From: an uncultured delta proteobacterium
Lineage (GTDB): Bacteria; Myxococcota; Kuafuiibacteriia; Kuafuiibacteriales; Kuafuiibacteriaceae
Direction of reading: 5' to 3'
DNA: 64,000 bases
Assembly: GCA_963803435.1 (NCBI GenBank)
Contig: CAWDML010000002.1
Location: forward strand, 32,001 to 96,000
In this document: one piece after another, positions 19,783 through 31,259 of the stretch
Layout of the letters: the number at the start of each line of letters is the position of its first letter
Position numbering within the stretch: the stretch's first letter is position 1
Made by a program: the position numbers and the translations under genes
The notes under the pieces: model-generated
Database searches by the model: none
Told to the model about the DNA's origin: nothing
What the model saw: only the letters and a program-made list of their open reading frames with translations

Positions 19783-21327
19783 GTGTCCCATCGGATCGAC
19801 AAGTTCATCGAGGCCATGCACAAGAAGAGCGCCGATCACCTGCTGTTCGGCACGGACACGCCGGTCAGGATCAGCATCGGCGGCTCGGAGCGGGTCATCC
19901 TCGACAAGCCGGTCCGCACCGATCAGCTGGTGAAGCTCTTGGTCCCGATCGTCGGCGACTCGACGCCGCTCCAGCGCAACGGCGAGCACCAGTGCTACTA
20001 CGATGCGCCCAGCGGGCGCATTCACCTCCGCACCATGACCGCTGGCGACCGCATGACCGCCATCATCTCGCCGGACAACGGAGTCGACGAGGCTGTCGAG
20101 CTCGACGCGGTCTCGAACGACGAAGACGCACCGCTCGACATCATGGGGAACCTGGCACCTCAGGCGCAGCCGTTCGCGCAGCCCGAACCCGTCGCGCCGC
20201 CGCCACCGCAGGCGCAGCGGGCGGTCGTGGATCCGGGGAGGGCGAGCGCCACCAAGATCGACGCGATCCTGAGGGTCCTCGTCCAGAGCGGAGGCTCCGA
20301 TCTCCACCTCACCGCGGGCCATCAGCCGCGCATGCGCAAGGACGGCGACATCCAGTCGGTGCCCGGCTGGCAGCAACCGCTCACGGGAGACACGATCTAC
20401 GAGTGGATGTTCGAGGTCGCGCACGAGGCCGCTCGGGAGAACTTCAACACCCGGAACGACGCCGACTTCGCGTACGAGATCGAAGGCATCTCTCGGTTCC
20501 GCATGAACTGGTTCCGGGATCGAAACGGTCCTGGCGCGGTCATGCGCACCATTCCCAGCAAGGTCCTGACGGCGGACCAGCTGGGCCTGCCCCGGGTCAT
20601 CCTCAACTTCTGTACGCTGCCCAAAGGGCTGGTGGTGGTGACGGGTCCGACCGGCTCCGGCAAGTCCACGACGCTCGCCGCGATGGTCGACTACATCAAC
20701 AAGTCCAGGTCCGATCACATCATCACGATCGAGGACCCGGTTGAGTTCGTGCACCAGTCCCAGAAGTGCCTCGTCAACCAGCGCGAGGTGCACATGCACA
20801 CCGAGTCGTTCTCGACGGCCCTGCGGGCCGCGCTGCGCGAGGACCCCGACATCGTCCTGGTCGGTGAGATGCGCGATCTCGAGACGGTCGGCATCGCCAT
20901 CGAGACCGCCGAGACCGGTCACCTGGTGTTCGGGACGCTCCACACGAACACCGCGATGTCGACGGTCGACCGCATCATCGATCAGTTCCCCACGGATCAG
21001 CAGGCGCAAATTCGCGTCATGCTCTCGGAGTCGCTCAAGGGCGTGGTCGCCCAGACGCTCTGCAAGCGCATCGGCGGCGGGCGCGTGGCGTGCCTGGAGA
21101 TCCTGGTCGTGAACTCCGCCGTCTCGAACCTGATCCGCGAGGGTAAGACGTTTCAGATCGCCTCGATCATGCAGACCGGGCGCGCCATCGGGAACCAGAC
21201 CCAGCTCGACCACATGATGGAGCTGGTGAAGACCAAGGTCGTCGCCCCCCGCGAGGCGGTGAACAAGGCGATCGATCAATCGCTGACCAAGGCGGCGCTC
21301 GAGCGCGCCGGCTTCAAGCTCGACTGA
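19783..21327 (+). CDS. pilT: type IV pilus twitching motility ATPase PilT with N-terminal extension
   Basis: GPTGSGKSTT, TIEDPVE, VNQREV, ALREDPDIVLVGEMRD, AETGHLVFGTLHT. Confidence 0.93.
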   Translation: MSHRIDKFIEAMHKKSADHLLFGTDTPVRISIGGSERVILDKPVRTDQLVKLLVPIVGDSTPLQRNGEHQCYYDAPSGRIHLRTMTAGDRMTAIISPDNGVDEAVELDAVSNDEDAPLDIMGNLAPQAQPFAQPEPVAPPPPQAQRAVVDPGRASATKIDAILRVLVQSGGSDLHLTAGHQPRMRKDGDIQSVPGWQQPLTGDTIYEWMFEVAHEAARENFNTRNDADFAYEIEGISRFRMNWFRDRNGPGAVMRTIPSKVLTADQLGLPRVILNFCTLPKGLVVVTGPTGSGKSTTLAAMVDYINKSRSDHIITIEDPVEFVHQSQKCLVNQREVHMHTESFSTALRAALREDPDIVLVGEMRDLETVGIAIETAETGHLVFGTLHTNTAMSTVDRIIDQFPTDQQAQIRVMLSESLKGVVAQTLCKRIGGGRVACLEILVVNSAVSNLIREGKTFQIASIMQTGRAIGNQTQLDHMMELVKTKVVAPREAVNKAIDQSLTKAALERAGFKLD

Positions 21328-21370
21328 TTCGGAATCCGCGCCGTTCCGCCGCTGTTGATCGGGCGGAAGC

Positions 21371-22165
21371 GTGCTGTCGACGACGTCAAATCTTCTCAGC
21401 GCCGGGCCGCCGGTGAGGCTCGCCCGGCTTCGCCTCGAGGGCTGGCTGTCGGAACATCGACCTGTCTCGATCCCCGACTACGCCGACCGTGTGTTCGCCC
21501 GCACCGTTCAAGTGCGCGACGCGTACGCCGACGCGGAGGTGGCCGCGCTCCTGATCGATCGCCGTCGCTTCCTCATCCCGCTCCTCGCCGGCCTGGGCGG
21601 GGGGGCCGTCTGCTCGTATCTGGTGGATGCGCTCCGGCTGGCATGGGTATTCCGCCGCCACGAACTCCCGGCGCACGAGCTGGAGCCGGTCGTTGCGCCC
21701 CTGGTGGAGCGCCTTGCACCGGCCGCCGAGGCCTGGAGCGAGCCCGCCCGGTCCGACCTCTTCTACTGGGCAGGACGCCTCGGATGGGCCGATTCCACCG
21801 GTTTCTGCGAACCGGACGGCCTGGGAAGCCTGTGCGATCTCGCGACGTCTTTGCGGCAGTGCGACTATGGCGAGACGCGCATCGGGCGAACGCAAGCCGC
21901 CTTGCAGGCAGGGTTGCTTCGGGCGGTCCGCGAAGAGGCCGAGCCTGGTGTCACCGGAATGTTGCTCGCGGGTACGCTCTGGGTGGAAACGGCGGTCGTC
22001 CCGCCCTCCGAGGAACAGCTGGAATGGCTCACGGACCGCCTGATCATGCTGCAGGGCGCCGACGGAGGCTTCCCCGGTGCGTCTCCGCATCGCGCAAGCT
22101 GTGTTGCGCTGGTCGCACTGTCGAGAACGCAAGCCATCTTGTCACGGGACTGCAACCTGGGTTGA
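21371..22165 (+). CDS. hypothetical protein, possible alpha/alpha-toroid (prenyltransferase-like) fold
   Basis: Leu-rich helical ORF ending WLTDRLIMLQGADGGFPG, a QxxDGGF-like motif; weaker codon bias than neighbours. Confidence 0.45.
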   Translation: MLSTTSNLLSAGPPVRLARLRLEGWLSEHRPVSIPDYADRVFARTVQVRDAYADAEVAALLIDRRRFLIPLLAGLGGGAVCSYLVDALRLAWVFRRHELPAHELEPVVAPLVERLAPAAEAWSEPARSDLFYWAGRLGWADSTGFCEPDGLGSLCDLATSLRQCDYGETRIGRTQAALQAGLLRAVREEAEPGVTGMLLAGTLWVETAVVPPSEEQLEWLTDRLIMLQGADGGFPGASPHRASCVALVALSRTQAILSRDCNLG

Positions 22166-22176
22166 CCCGGCGAAGC

Positions 22177-22207
22177 TTATTCACAGCTTATTCACTTCTG
22201 TGGATAT
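22177..22207. promoter_or_regulatory. cluster of DnaA-box-like 9-mers
   Basis: TTATTCACA (22177), TTATTCACT (22188) and reverse TGTGGATAT (22199). Confidence 0.5.
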
Positions 22208-22231
22208 CGTTCTGTAAGTCCACAGAACGAT
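22206..22231. terminator. stem-loop between convergent genes
   Basis: ATCGTTCTGT-aagtcc-ACAGAACGAT is a perfect 10-bp stem, but there is no clear U-tract. Confidence 0.35.
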
Positions 22232-22437
22232 TGGCGCCGGGAGAAGCGCTTCCGTGGAGTGCCTGCGAGTTGTTGAGGACCAAGGTATTGCTCACACCTA
22301 CATCGACGGGCGCCGCCTAGCACAGGTTGTCGCGGTCGCCAGCCCCGAAGTTCAGAAATTTGAGCCGGAAAGCCCTGATCCCGCAGGGACGCCGTGGGCC
22401 TCGCCAACGAGGTGAAACTTCACAAGTCCGTCACAGC

Positions 22438-23307
22438 TCACGAGATCTGCCGGACCACCAGGCAGCCTACCAAGAAGAGGACGAACGAGAGCGAGGCGCG
22501 GTATTTCAGCCGCATCACCGGTCCATATTCGTCCGGCTTTCCCTCGAGTCGGAAGAGGGCCCGCCCGTTGAGCAGCCCGCCGGCGGCGCCCACCGCGAAG
22601 AAGAGGAGCCCGATCGATCCCTGAGACCGGTAGAGCGTCGCGCTCACCAGCGCGAGCCCGACCGGGTAAGCGACCGCGAACCAGCGACGGACCCCCGCGA
22701 GGCCGAACGCGACGGCGAAGGTGTGATCACCGCGCGCGCGATCCTCCTCGATCTGGAAGATCTGCGAGACGGGATAAATGCTGAGCACCAGGAGCGCAAC
22801 TCCGCTTGCGGCGACGAGGATGGCGGCATCGGGCGGCTCACCGTTCGCGGCGAGGTAGCCCATCAGAAACGTGTTGGTGCCGGTGCCGACGCCGACGCAG
22901 ACCAGGCTGAGCAGCGGGCGTCCCTTCCACCGGAGCGGCCGCGAGCTGTAGAGCACCGAGAGCACCATCGTGATCGCGAAGAGCCCGATGAACCAGGGAC
23001 CTTGCTGAAGCGCGATCGCAAGCCCGATCAGCTGCACGGTGATCGAGGCCGGATGCATCCACCTGGTCATCTTGGGTGGATGCTCGAGGCCGCCGATCGG
23101 ACCGTCGTCGTCGTCCCAGTAGGAGTTGTATGCGGTCACGCCGCCGTTGAGGAGCAGGTGTACGTTGAGGAACTGGATCGAGAACGACGCCGGCGCGACC
23201 TTCGCATGGTACAGCCCGCCCAGGAGGTAGCCGCCCGAGAGGATCAGGAGCTGGTAGTGCCACCTGAGGTGCACGAAGAACGCGGCGAGCTCATCCCTCT
23301 TGGACAT
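22438..23307 (-). CDS. UbiA-family prenyltransferase
   Basis: Multi-pass membrane protein; [11 protein letters not shown] first Asp-rich motif; YS..PLRWK; [15 protein letters not shown] second motif. Confidence 0.85.
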   Translation of the reverse strand: MSKRDELAAFFVHLRWHYQLLILSGGYLLGGLYHAKVAPASFSIQFLNVHLLLNGGVTAYNSYWDDDDGPIGGLEHPPKMTRWMHPASITVQLIGLAIALQQGPWFIGLFAITMVLSVLYSSRPLRWKGRPLLSLVCVGVGTGTNTFLMGYLAANGEPPDAAILVAASGVALLVLSIYPVSQIFQIEEDRARGDHTFAVAFGLAGVRRWFAVAYPVGLALVSATLYRSQGSIGLLFFAVGAAGGLLNGRALFRLEGKPDEYGPVMRLKYRASLSFVLFLVGCLVVRQIS

Positions 23308-24619
23308 CGGACAGGCCTGCTCGTTTCATCAGCGCATAGAGGGCGTTGCGCGAGAGACCAGCCTCCTTGGCGGCGCGCGAGATGTTGCCTTGGTGTCGAT
23401 CGATGAGCGCCTTCACGTAGCGCTTCTCGAAGGAGGCGATCAGCTTGTCCTTGGCCTGGTGGAAGGTGGAGGCGCTCTCCTCGCTGGGGAAGATGTCGGA
23501 GGGCATGATCAGCTCGGTCTCGGAGAGCGCCAGCGCCCGCTGGATGACGTTGCGCAGCTCGCGCGCGTTTCCAGGCCAGTCGTAGTGCGAGAGCGTGGCG
23601 AAGGTCTCGGGCGCCAGCGTCGTGCTCCGATCACCGAGCGTCTCCGCGTAGCGAGACGCGATCAGCGCGATGTCCTCGGGGCGCTCGCGAAGGGGAGGCA
23701 CGCGCACCCGCACCACCGCGATCCGGTAGTACAGGTCGTCGCGGAAGCTCTTCGCGGCGACCATCTGCTTCAGGTCGCGATTGGTGGCGCACACGAAGCG
23801 GACGTCGATCGCGCGGTCGGCGACGTCGCCCACGCGACGGATCGTCCGGGACTCGAGCGCGCGCAGGAGCTTGGGCTGGAGATCGATGGGGAGCTCGCCC
23901 AGCTCGTCGAGGAAGACGCTGCCCCCGTCGCCGGCCTCGAACGCGCCGGTGCGGTCGTCCGCGGCGCCGGTGAACGCGCCCTTCACGTGTCCGAACAGGT
24001 GGCTCTCCAGCAGGCTCGGCGTGATCGCGCTGCAGTCGACCACCACATAGGGGCCGGCGGCGCGCTCCGAGTGCGCGTGAACGGCGCGGGCGAGCAGCTC
24101 CTTGCCGGTCCCGGTCTCTCCCTCCAGGAGGATGGTGGCCTCGGAGCGGGCGACCCTGCGGAGCAGCTCGAGGGATCGCTTCAGCTTGTCGTTGCAGGTC
24201 AGGTAGTCGCCGAAGCGCTCGGTGTCCTCGCTCTCGGTGACGATCGCGCGCAGGCGCCGGCTGACCCGACAACGCGTGGCGCCGACCGTGAACGTGCCGT
24301 CCGTGGTCAGGAGCGCCTCCTTGATCAGGACGTCGGCGATGCGCGTCCCGTTCTTGCTCCCGAGATCGATCAAGAGGACGCCGTCCGCGACCGCGCGGAG
24401 CTCCGCGTGGCGTCGGGAGACCGTCGGATCGCTCAACGGCAGATCGACCTCGTCGCCGGCGCCCACCACCGCGCGCCCACCGGGGAGCGCGATGCGTGTC
24501 CCCAGGTCCGGACCCTCGACGACCTCGAGCTCGAGGCTGCACTCGACCAGCTCGTCACCGCCGCCCTCGCGGATGCTCAGCGTGCTGGTGTGCACGAGGT
24601 CGCGGCGGGAGGCACCCAC
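23291..24619 (-). CDS. FHA-domain sigma54-dependent Fis-family activator
   Basis: FHA motifs VSRRH...DLGSKNGT; GETGTGKE; GAFTGA; FLDELGE; WPGNAREL; C-terminal HTH. Confidence 0.93.
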   Translation of the reverse strand: MGASRRDLVHTSTLSIREGGGDELVECSLELEVVEGPDLGTRIALPGGRAVVGAGDEVDLPLSDPTVSRRHAELRAVADGVLLIDLGSKNGTRIADVLIKEALLTTDGTFTVGATRCRVSRRLRAIVTESEDTERFGDYLTCNDKLKRSLELLRRVARSEATILLEGETGTGKELLARAVHAHSERAAGPYVVVDCSAITPSLLESHLFGHVKGAFTGAADDRTGAFEAGDGGSVFLDELGELPIDLQPKLLRALESRTIRRVGDVADRAIDVRFVCATNRDLKQMVAAKSFRDDLYYRIAVVRVRVPPLRERPEDIALIASRYAETLGDRSTTLAPETFATLSHYDWPGNARELRNVIQRALALSETELIMPSDIFPSEESASTFHQAKDKLIASFEKRYVKALIDRHQGNISRAAKEAGLSRNALYALMKRAGLSDVQEG

Positions 24620-24685
24620 TCCGTCGTCTTAGGGAGCGTCCAGCCGCGCTGTCAATCTCCCCCTCGCGCCTGGTATCAAGGGCTC

Positions 24686-26125
24686 ATGGCGGGGGAGCGC
24701 AGGACCGAGACGCTCATCCCCGTGGCGCGAGCCGGCTTTCACGACGAGACCGACTCGATCTTCGACCCGACGACGAAGCGCGTATCCACCCGCGCGCTCG
24801 TGGAGCTCATCGCCGCGACGGTCGACCCCGACAGCCCCACGCACGTCCCCGCGGGCCCGCGACCGCCGCCGCTGCGAAGTCGCGCGGATCGCGTCCTCGC
24901 CGAGCTCCAGGCGATGCGCAGCGGGCCGTCGGTGGCGGAGCCCTTCGGGCGCTACACGCTCCTCGGCTCGGTGGGGAAGGGCGGGATGGCGGAGGTGCGG
25001 CTGGCCGCCGAGCCCTTCGCCGGAGCGATACGCCTCTGCGTGGTGAAACGGACCATCTCCACCGGGCCCAAGGTCGAGCACCGGCGAGCATTGCTCCGCG
25101 AAGAGGCGCGCGTCTGCCGGAGGCTCGCCCATCCGAACGTGGTCGAGCTCCTCGACGCCGGTGAGATCGACGGCGCGCCCTACCTGGTGTTCGAGCTCAT
25201 CGACGGCGTCAGCCTGCGTGAGCTGATGGAGATCGTGAGACCGGGGCGGATACCGCTCTCAGGCGTGCTCGAGATCGGGCGCTCGTGTGCAAGCGCGCTT
25301 GCACACGCGCATCGCGCCGCCGGCGATGACGGCCGCCCCCTCGCGGTCGTCCACCGCGACGTGACCCCTCAGAACATCCTGGTGGCGCGGGACGGGCGGG
25401 TGAAGCTGGTCGACTTCGGGATCGCCCGCTTCGAGGGCCGCGCGCACGAGACGCGCGCCGGCCACGTCAAGGGCAAGCTCGGATACATGGCGCCCGAGCA
25501 GTGCCGGCCCGGGCCGGTCGACGGCAAGGCGGACGTGTTCACGCTGGGGCTGGTGCTCACCGAGCTGATCGCCGGGGAGCGCGTGCTGCCACCGGTGATG
25601 ATGGTGCTCTCCGAGACCGAGGCGCTGATCCGATCACGCGCCGCGCTCGCACAGGAGCCGGTCCCGACGGGGTTCATCGATCTGCTGGTGCGCATGGTCG
25701 AGCTCGCGCCCGACCGCCGGCCGACGGCAGGCGAGGTCGAGGCGGAGATCGCCGAGCTCGGCGGTTCGGGTGGAGCCGGCGAGACGCTGGCGGCGTTCGT
25801 AGCCCGAGAGGTGTTCGCGCGCCTCGAGCCCTTCGATCGATCGATCGCGATCGATCCTCCAGCGGCACCTCCGCCCGAGGACCCCACGCTCGAGCCGACC
25901 GATCCGTCCGACTCCAGCTACGCGCGGACGGTGCGCCAGCTCCGCAGCCTCTCCGGGCCTCCGGATGACGCCGCCACTCGCCGGCTCCCCGCGCTCCCGG
26001 CGCTCGAACGGCCCGCGCCTGCGGCACCCGCGCCCGCGTCCGAGCCCGGTCGCGCCGTGTTCTTCTTCGTGTTGTTCGCGGCGCTCATGGGATTTATCGC
26101 GCTGGTCTTCGTGCTCACGCGCTGA
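24686..26125 (+). CDS. membrane-anchored Ser/Thr protein kinase
   Basis: GKGGMAEV, VVK, HRDVTPQN, DFG, KGKLGYMAPE; C-terminal TM helix. Confidence 0.9.
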   Translation: MAGERRTETLIPVARAGFHDETDSIFDPTTKRVSTRALVELIAATVDPDSPTHVPAGPRPPPLRSRADRVLAELQAMRSGPSVAEPFGRYTLLGSVGKGGMAEVRLAAEPFAGAIRLCVVKRTISTGPKVEHRRALLREEARVCRRLAHPNVVELLDAGEIDGAPYLVFELIDGVSLRELMEIVRPGRIPLSGVLEIGRSCASALAHAHRAAGDDGRPLAVVHRDVTPQNILVARDGRVKLVDFGIARFEGRAHETRAGHVKGKLGYMAPEQCRPGPVDGKADVFTLGLVLTELIAGERVLPPVMMVLSETEALIRSRAALAQEPVPTGFIDLLVRMVELAPDRRPTAGEVEAEIAELGGSGGAGETLAAFVAREVFARLEPFDRSIAIDPPAAPPPEDPTLEPTDPSDSSYARTVRQLRSLSGPPDDAATRRLPALPALERPAPAAPAPASEPGRAVFFFVLFAALMGFIALVFVLTR

Positions 26126-26901
26126 TCACCAGCGGGCGACCCAGCCGAGGGTGGCTCCGCCGCGCGTCACGGCGGCCAGTGGTGCGGTCGAGCCCGGGTC
26201 GAGCAACCACCACACACCTCCCGCGATCGCTGCGGCGCCGGCGATCGCTCCCAGTGCCACCGCGATCCCTCGCTCCTGGTTGATCTGGTCGAGCTGGTCC
26301 TGCGCGCTCGGGCGATCGATCCCGACGATCAAACCGCCGTCGTCGACGATCTCGAGCTGGTCGTCGAGGTGCCTCAGGCGCTGGTCGGCGTGCGCGTACA
26401 CCGCGGCGCCCGCGACCCCGACGGCGACCGCCGCCGCCAGCGTGATGATCGGACCGACAGGGAGCGTGCGGCGTGGGGCCTGGAACTTCACCGACGCCGA
26501 GGTCGGCGTCACGGTGGCCGTCCGGACGGTGGCCGCCTCCTCCCGGGCGCGCCGGGCCTCGGCCTGGGCGGCGATCAGCTTTCGGCGTTCCCGGATCAGG
26601 CCGACCTGGGCCTCGGCTTCGGCGCGCTCGCTGGGACCGATCGCCTCGAGCGCGGCGAAGCGTGCCCAGAGGGACTCGGCATGATCGAGATCGTCCGCGT
26701 CCTGGTACGCCTTCGCGGCGTTCCGCAGCTGCGCCGGGACGAGCGAGAGCTCGTAGGCCTCGAGGAAGAAGGCGCCGGCCTTTGCCAGGTCTCCCTGTCG
26801 ATAGGCCGCGACCGCGCGCTCGACCAGCACCTCGGCGGCGTCCGTCTGGGCGCGTGCGGCGCTCGGAGCGAGGAGCGCGATCAGCAGCAGCAGCGTCCGC
26901 A

Positions 26902-26902
<1 letters not shown>
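26126..26902 (-). CDS. secreted TPR protein with hydrophobic C-terminal region
   Basis: Signal peptide MRTLLLLIALLAPSAARA; TPR helices; C-terminal GGATLGWVARW; coupled to the upstream kinase gene. Confidence 0.75.
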
Positions 26903-28314
<1,412 letters not shown>

Positions 28315-28332
28315 GATAGCATCGGCGGGCCG

Positions 28333-29268
28333 TCAGGGAGAGACGAGACGGCCGTCGCACCAGCGGATCGCATCGACCTCGGGGCCGCTCCGGTGGGGCG
28401 GATCGAGGAAGCGGCCGGCCTGCGCGGCGAAGCGGGTCGGATCGCCGGTGGTGGTGAGGCGGTCGTGGGCGGGGGGCTCCCGCGCCAGCAAGGGGGCGCC
28501 GAGCAGCCCCGCGATGGCGTCGGCGGTGGCCACGGCTGGATCGACGAACGTGAGCCGGCCCTCCGCCGCACGCTCGAGGGCACGACCGAGAAACGGGTAA
28601 TGGGTGCAGCCCAGGATCACCGTGTCGACCTTGGCGTCGAGGAGCGGCTCCAGATACGAGCAGCTCGCCGTGACGGCCTGATCGGATTCGTGCAGATCGG
28701 ACTCGACGAGCGGCACGAATCGAGGGCACGCGACCTCCACCACGATCGCCCGCGAGTCGAGCGCTGCGATCGCCCTCGCGTAGGCGCGGCTCTTCACGGT
28801 GCCTGCGGTCGCCAGCACGCCGATGCGGCGCCTGACGCTGAGCGCGAGGGCGCGGTGCGCGCCTGGTTCGATCACGCCGAGCACGCGCGCGGCCCCGTAG
28901 CGCCGGCGGGCCGTCTCGAGCGCGGTGGCCGAAGAGATGTTGCAGGCCATCACCACGGCCTTGGCGCCGCTGTCGAAGAGGTGGTCGGTCAGCGCGGAGG
29001 CGAGGCCCTGGATCTCCTCGAGCGGTCGATCGCCATACGGGACGTGAGCTTGATCTGCGACGTAGAGAAAGCGCTCGAGCGGGAGCCGCCTCGCGATCTG
29101 CTGGAGCACCGTGAGACCGCCCACGCCCGAGTCGAACAGGCCGATGGGCGCCGCCGGATCGTCCGAGGGTTGCGTTGCAAGCTGGGTTGCAGAGGGGGCG
29201 AGCACCACCATGAGAACGGTCCAGCCCGGGGGCGCTCTTCCGATAACGGAGGGGGGCGGCGTTGTCAC
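28333..29268 (-). CDS. murI: glutamate racemase
   Basis: PIGLFDSGVGGLTV, VPYG, MACN, ILGCTHYP; start uncertain (GTG 29268 or ATG 29211). Confidence 0.93.
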   Translation of the reverse strand: MTTPPPSVIGRAPPGWTVLMVVLAPSATQLATQPSDDPAAPIGLFDSGVGGLTVLQQIARRLPLERFLYVADQAHVPYGDRPLEEIQGLASALTDHLFDSGAKAVVMACNISSATALETARRRYGAARVLGVIEPGAHRALALSVRRRIGVLATAGTVKSRAYARAIAALDSRAIVVEVACPRFVPLVESDLHESDQAVTASCSYLEPLLDAKVDTVILGCTHYPFLGRALERAAEGRLTFVDPAVATADAIAGLLGAPLLAREPPAHDRLTTTGDPTRFAAQAGRFLDPPHRSGPEVDAIRWCDGRLVSP

Positions 29269-29741
29269 GCAGCGGCGAGGATTTCCCTGGGTTGGCGGGC
29301 CAGCGTGAGCCCGACCCTCGGGCTGGCCAGGGCCCACAGCGCGGCTCCCAGCCCGACGAAGGCCCCCGGCGCGAACAGGGGCGGCGCGATGCTCAGCGCG
29401 ACGCCCACGAGGCTCAGGTCGACGGCACCGCCGGTGGTGAGGAGGCGGCAAAGGGCGATTACGTGAAAGGCACTGCCCACCACACCCATCACCACGGCCG
29501 TGCCCGCGAGCACGCGGGCTGCGTGGAAGAGCCGGCGCTCGTCGCCGGCGAGGAGGGGTCCGGCCAGCCCGATCACCAGGGCCCCGAACGCGACCGGGAT
29601 CAGCTGCGCCGGGTGCTTCAGCGGCCGGCCGGCGAAGTGGGAGAGGCCGGCGTCGAACGCCATCGTCAACAGGCCGAACGCGACCGTGAGGGCGGCGGCC
29701 CGCTTGAGTCCGAACTTTGTGATCCGCTCCGAGAGGTTCAT
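29265..29741 (-). CDS. hypothetical 4-TM membrane protein
   Basis: Hydrophobic ORF with PPLFAPGAF motif; AAGGAG RBS; overlaps the murI start. Confidence 0.7.
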   Translation of the reverse strand: MNLSERITKFGLKRAAALTVAFGLLTMAFDAGLSHFAGRPLKHPAQLIPVAFGALVIGLAGPLLAGDERRLFHAARVLAGTAVVMGVVGSAFHVIALCRLLTTGGAVDLSLVGVALSIAPPLFAPGAFVGLGAALWALASPRVGLTLARQPREILAAA

Positions 29742-29889
29742 CGTTTCTCCTTCCGCCCGGGAGCGATTCAGGAAGCAGGCCAGCGCAGCTCAGTGGGTTT
29801 CGGACGATTCCCGCCGGATCGATGCCAAGGCGGTTGTCGGCGTCGTCGACGGCGTGGTCACCGAGAGCAAGGGATCGTATGGGACGCCG

Positions 29890-31255
29890 ATGTCGATCGA
29901 CTGGGCAGCCGCCACCGACGAAGCCATCCGCCACTTCAGGTCGCTGCTGAGGATCGACACCACGAACCCGCCCGGCAACGAGCGCCCCGCGGCCGACTAT
30001 CTGTCCGGCGTGTTGCGGGAGGCCGGTGTCGACCACCGAGATCCTCGAGAGCGAGCCGGGACGTGCCAGCCTGGTGGCCCGACTCCGCGGCAACGGCAAG
30101 AAGCGACCGCTGCTGCTGAACGGGCACCTCGACGTCGTGGCGGTCGAGCGCGAGCACTGGAGCCACGACCCCTTCGCCGCTGAGGAGGTGGACGGCTGCA
30201 TCTGGGGACGCGGCGCGATCGACATGAAGAACATGGTCGCGATGAGCCTCATGACGATTGTTGCTATTGAAGAGAAGTGGAGGCGAAGCTCGACCGCGAC
30301 GTCATCTTCGCCGCGGTCGCCGACGAGGAGGCGGGCAGCCACCTCGGGTCGCTGTTCCTGGTGGAGAACCACCCGGAGCTGGTGCGAGGCCGAGTACGTG
30401 CTCAACGAGGTGGGCGGTCACACGCTCCACTTCGGCAAGGCGCGCTTCTATCCCATCCAGGTCTCGGAGAAGGGGATCTGCTGGTTCGAGCTGACGGCGC
30501 GCGGCGAGCCGGGCCACGGCTCCATGCCCCACGCGGAACAACGCGGTGGTGAAGATCGCCCGCGCGATCGAGGCGCTGGGCGCGGATCCGGCTGCCGCAG
30601 CACAATACGCCGGTCGTGGATCGCTTCCTGCGCGGCTCGCCCGCGCGCTCCGGCTTTCCGCAAGACCGGCCTGATCCCGCTCTTGCTCCAGCCGGCGCTC
30701 TCGAGCGCGCTGCTCGAGACGCTCGGGCAAGAAGAACCCCGATCGAGGCCGTCGGGATCAACGCCATGCTCCGCAACACGGCCTCGCCGACCATGCTGGC
30801 TGGCGGAAGCAAGGTGAACGTGATCCCCTCGCGCGCGAGCGTCGAAGGTGGATGGTCGCGATCATCCCGGGCCAGAGCAAGGACGCGTTCATCGCGAGAG
30901 TCAGGCGGGTCGTCGGGGACGAGCTCGAGCTCACGGTTCTCGAGCACCACGACGGCATCACGTTCGACGCGAAGACGCCGCTGTTCGACGCCATCTGCGG
31001 GGACGCTTGCGACAGCACGACCCCGACGGCGTGCCCGTGCCATACATGATCCCCGGATTCACGGATTCGTTCGCGTATGCGCGGCTGGGCGCGACCTGTT
31101 ACGGATTCTCGCCGGTGCGCCTCCCGAAGGACCTGAACTTCACCCGGATGTACCACGGTCACGACGAGCGCATTCCCGTCGAAGGCTTCCGGTGGGGGCT
31201 CCGCGTGCTCTTCGACGTGGTCGAGGACGTGTGCCGCGCCCGCGAAGGCGGGTGA
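29890..31255 (+). pseudogene. M20/M25/M40 metallopeptidase (ArgE/DapE-like) broken by roughly 8-10 frameshifts
   Basis: RIDTTNPPGNE, LNGHLDVV, WGRGAIDMK, ADEEAG, NEVGG, GHGSMP, KVNVIP, GFTD and HGHDERI spread over three frames; may be a read-error artefact. Confidence 0.85.
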
Positions 31256-31259
31256 ACGC

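Noticed and set aside
23300-26125. 941-aa plus-strand ORF
   Set aside because: The N-terminal half is antisense to the FHA-sigma54 gene; the kinase starts at 24686.
28333-30405. 690-aa extended MurI ORF
   Set aside because: The upstream part overlaps a membrane-protein gene and the antisense strand of the M20 peptidase.
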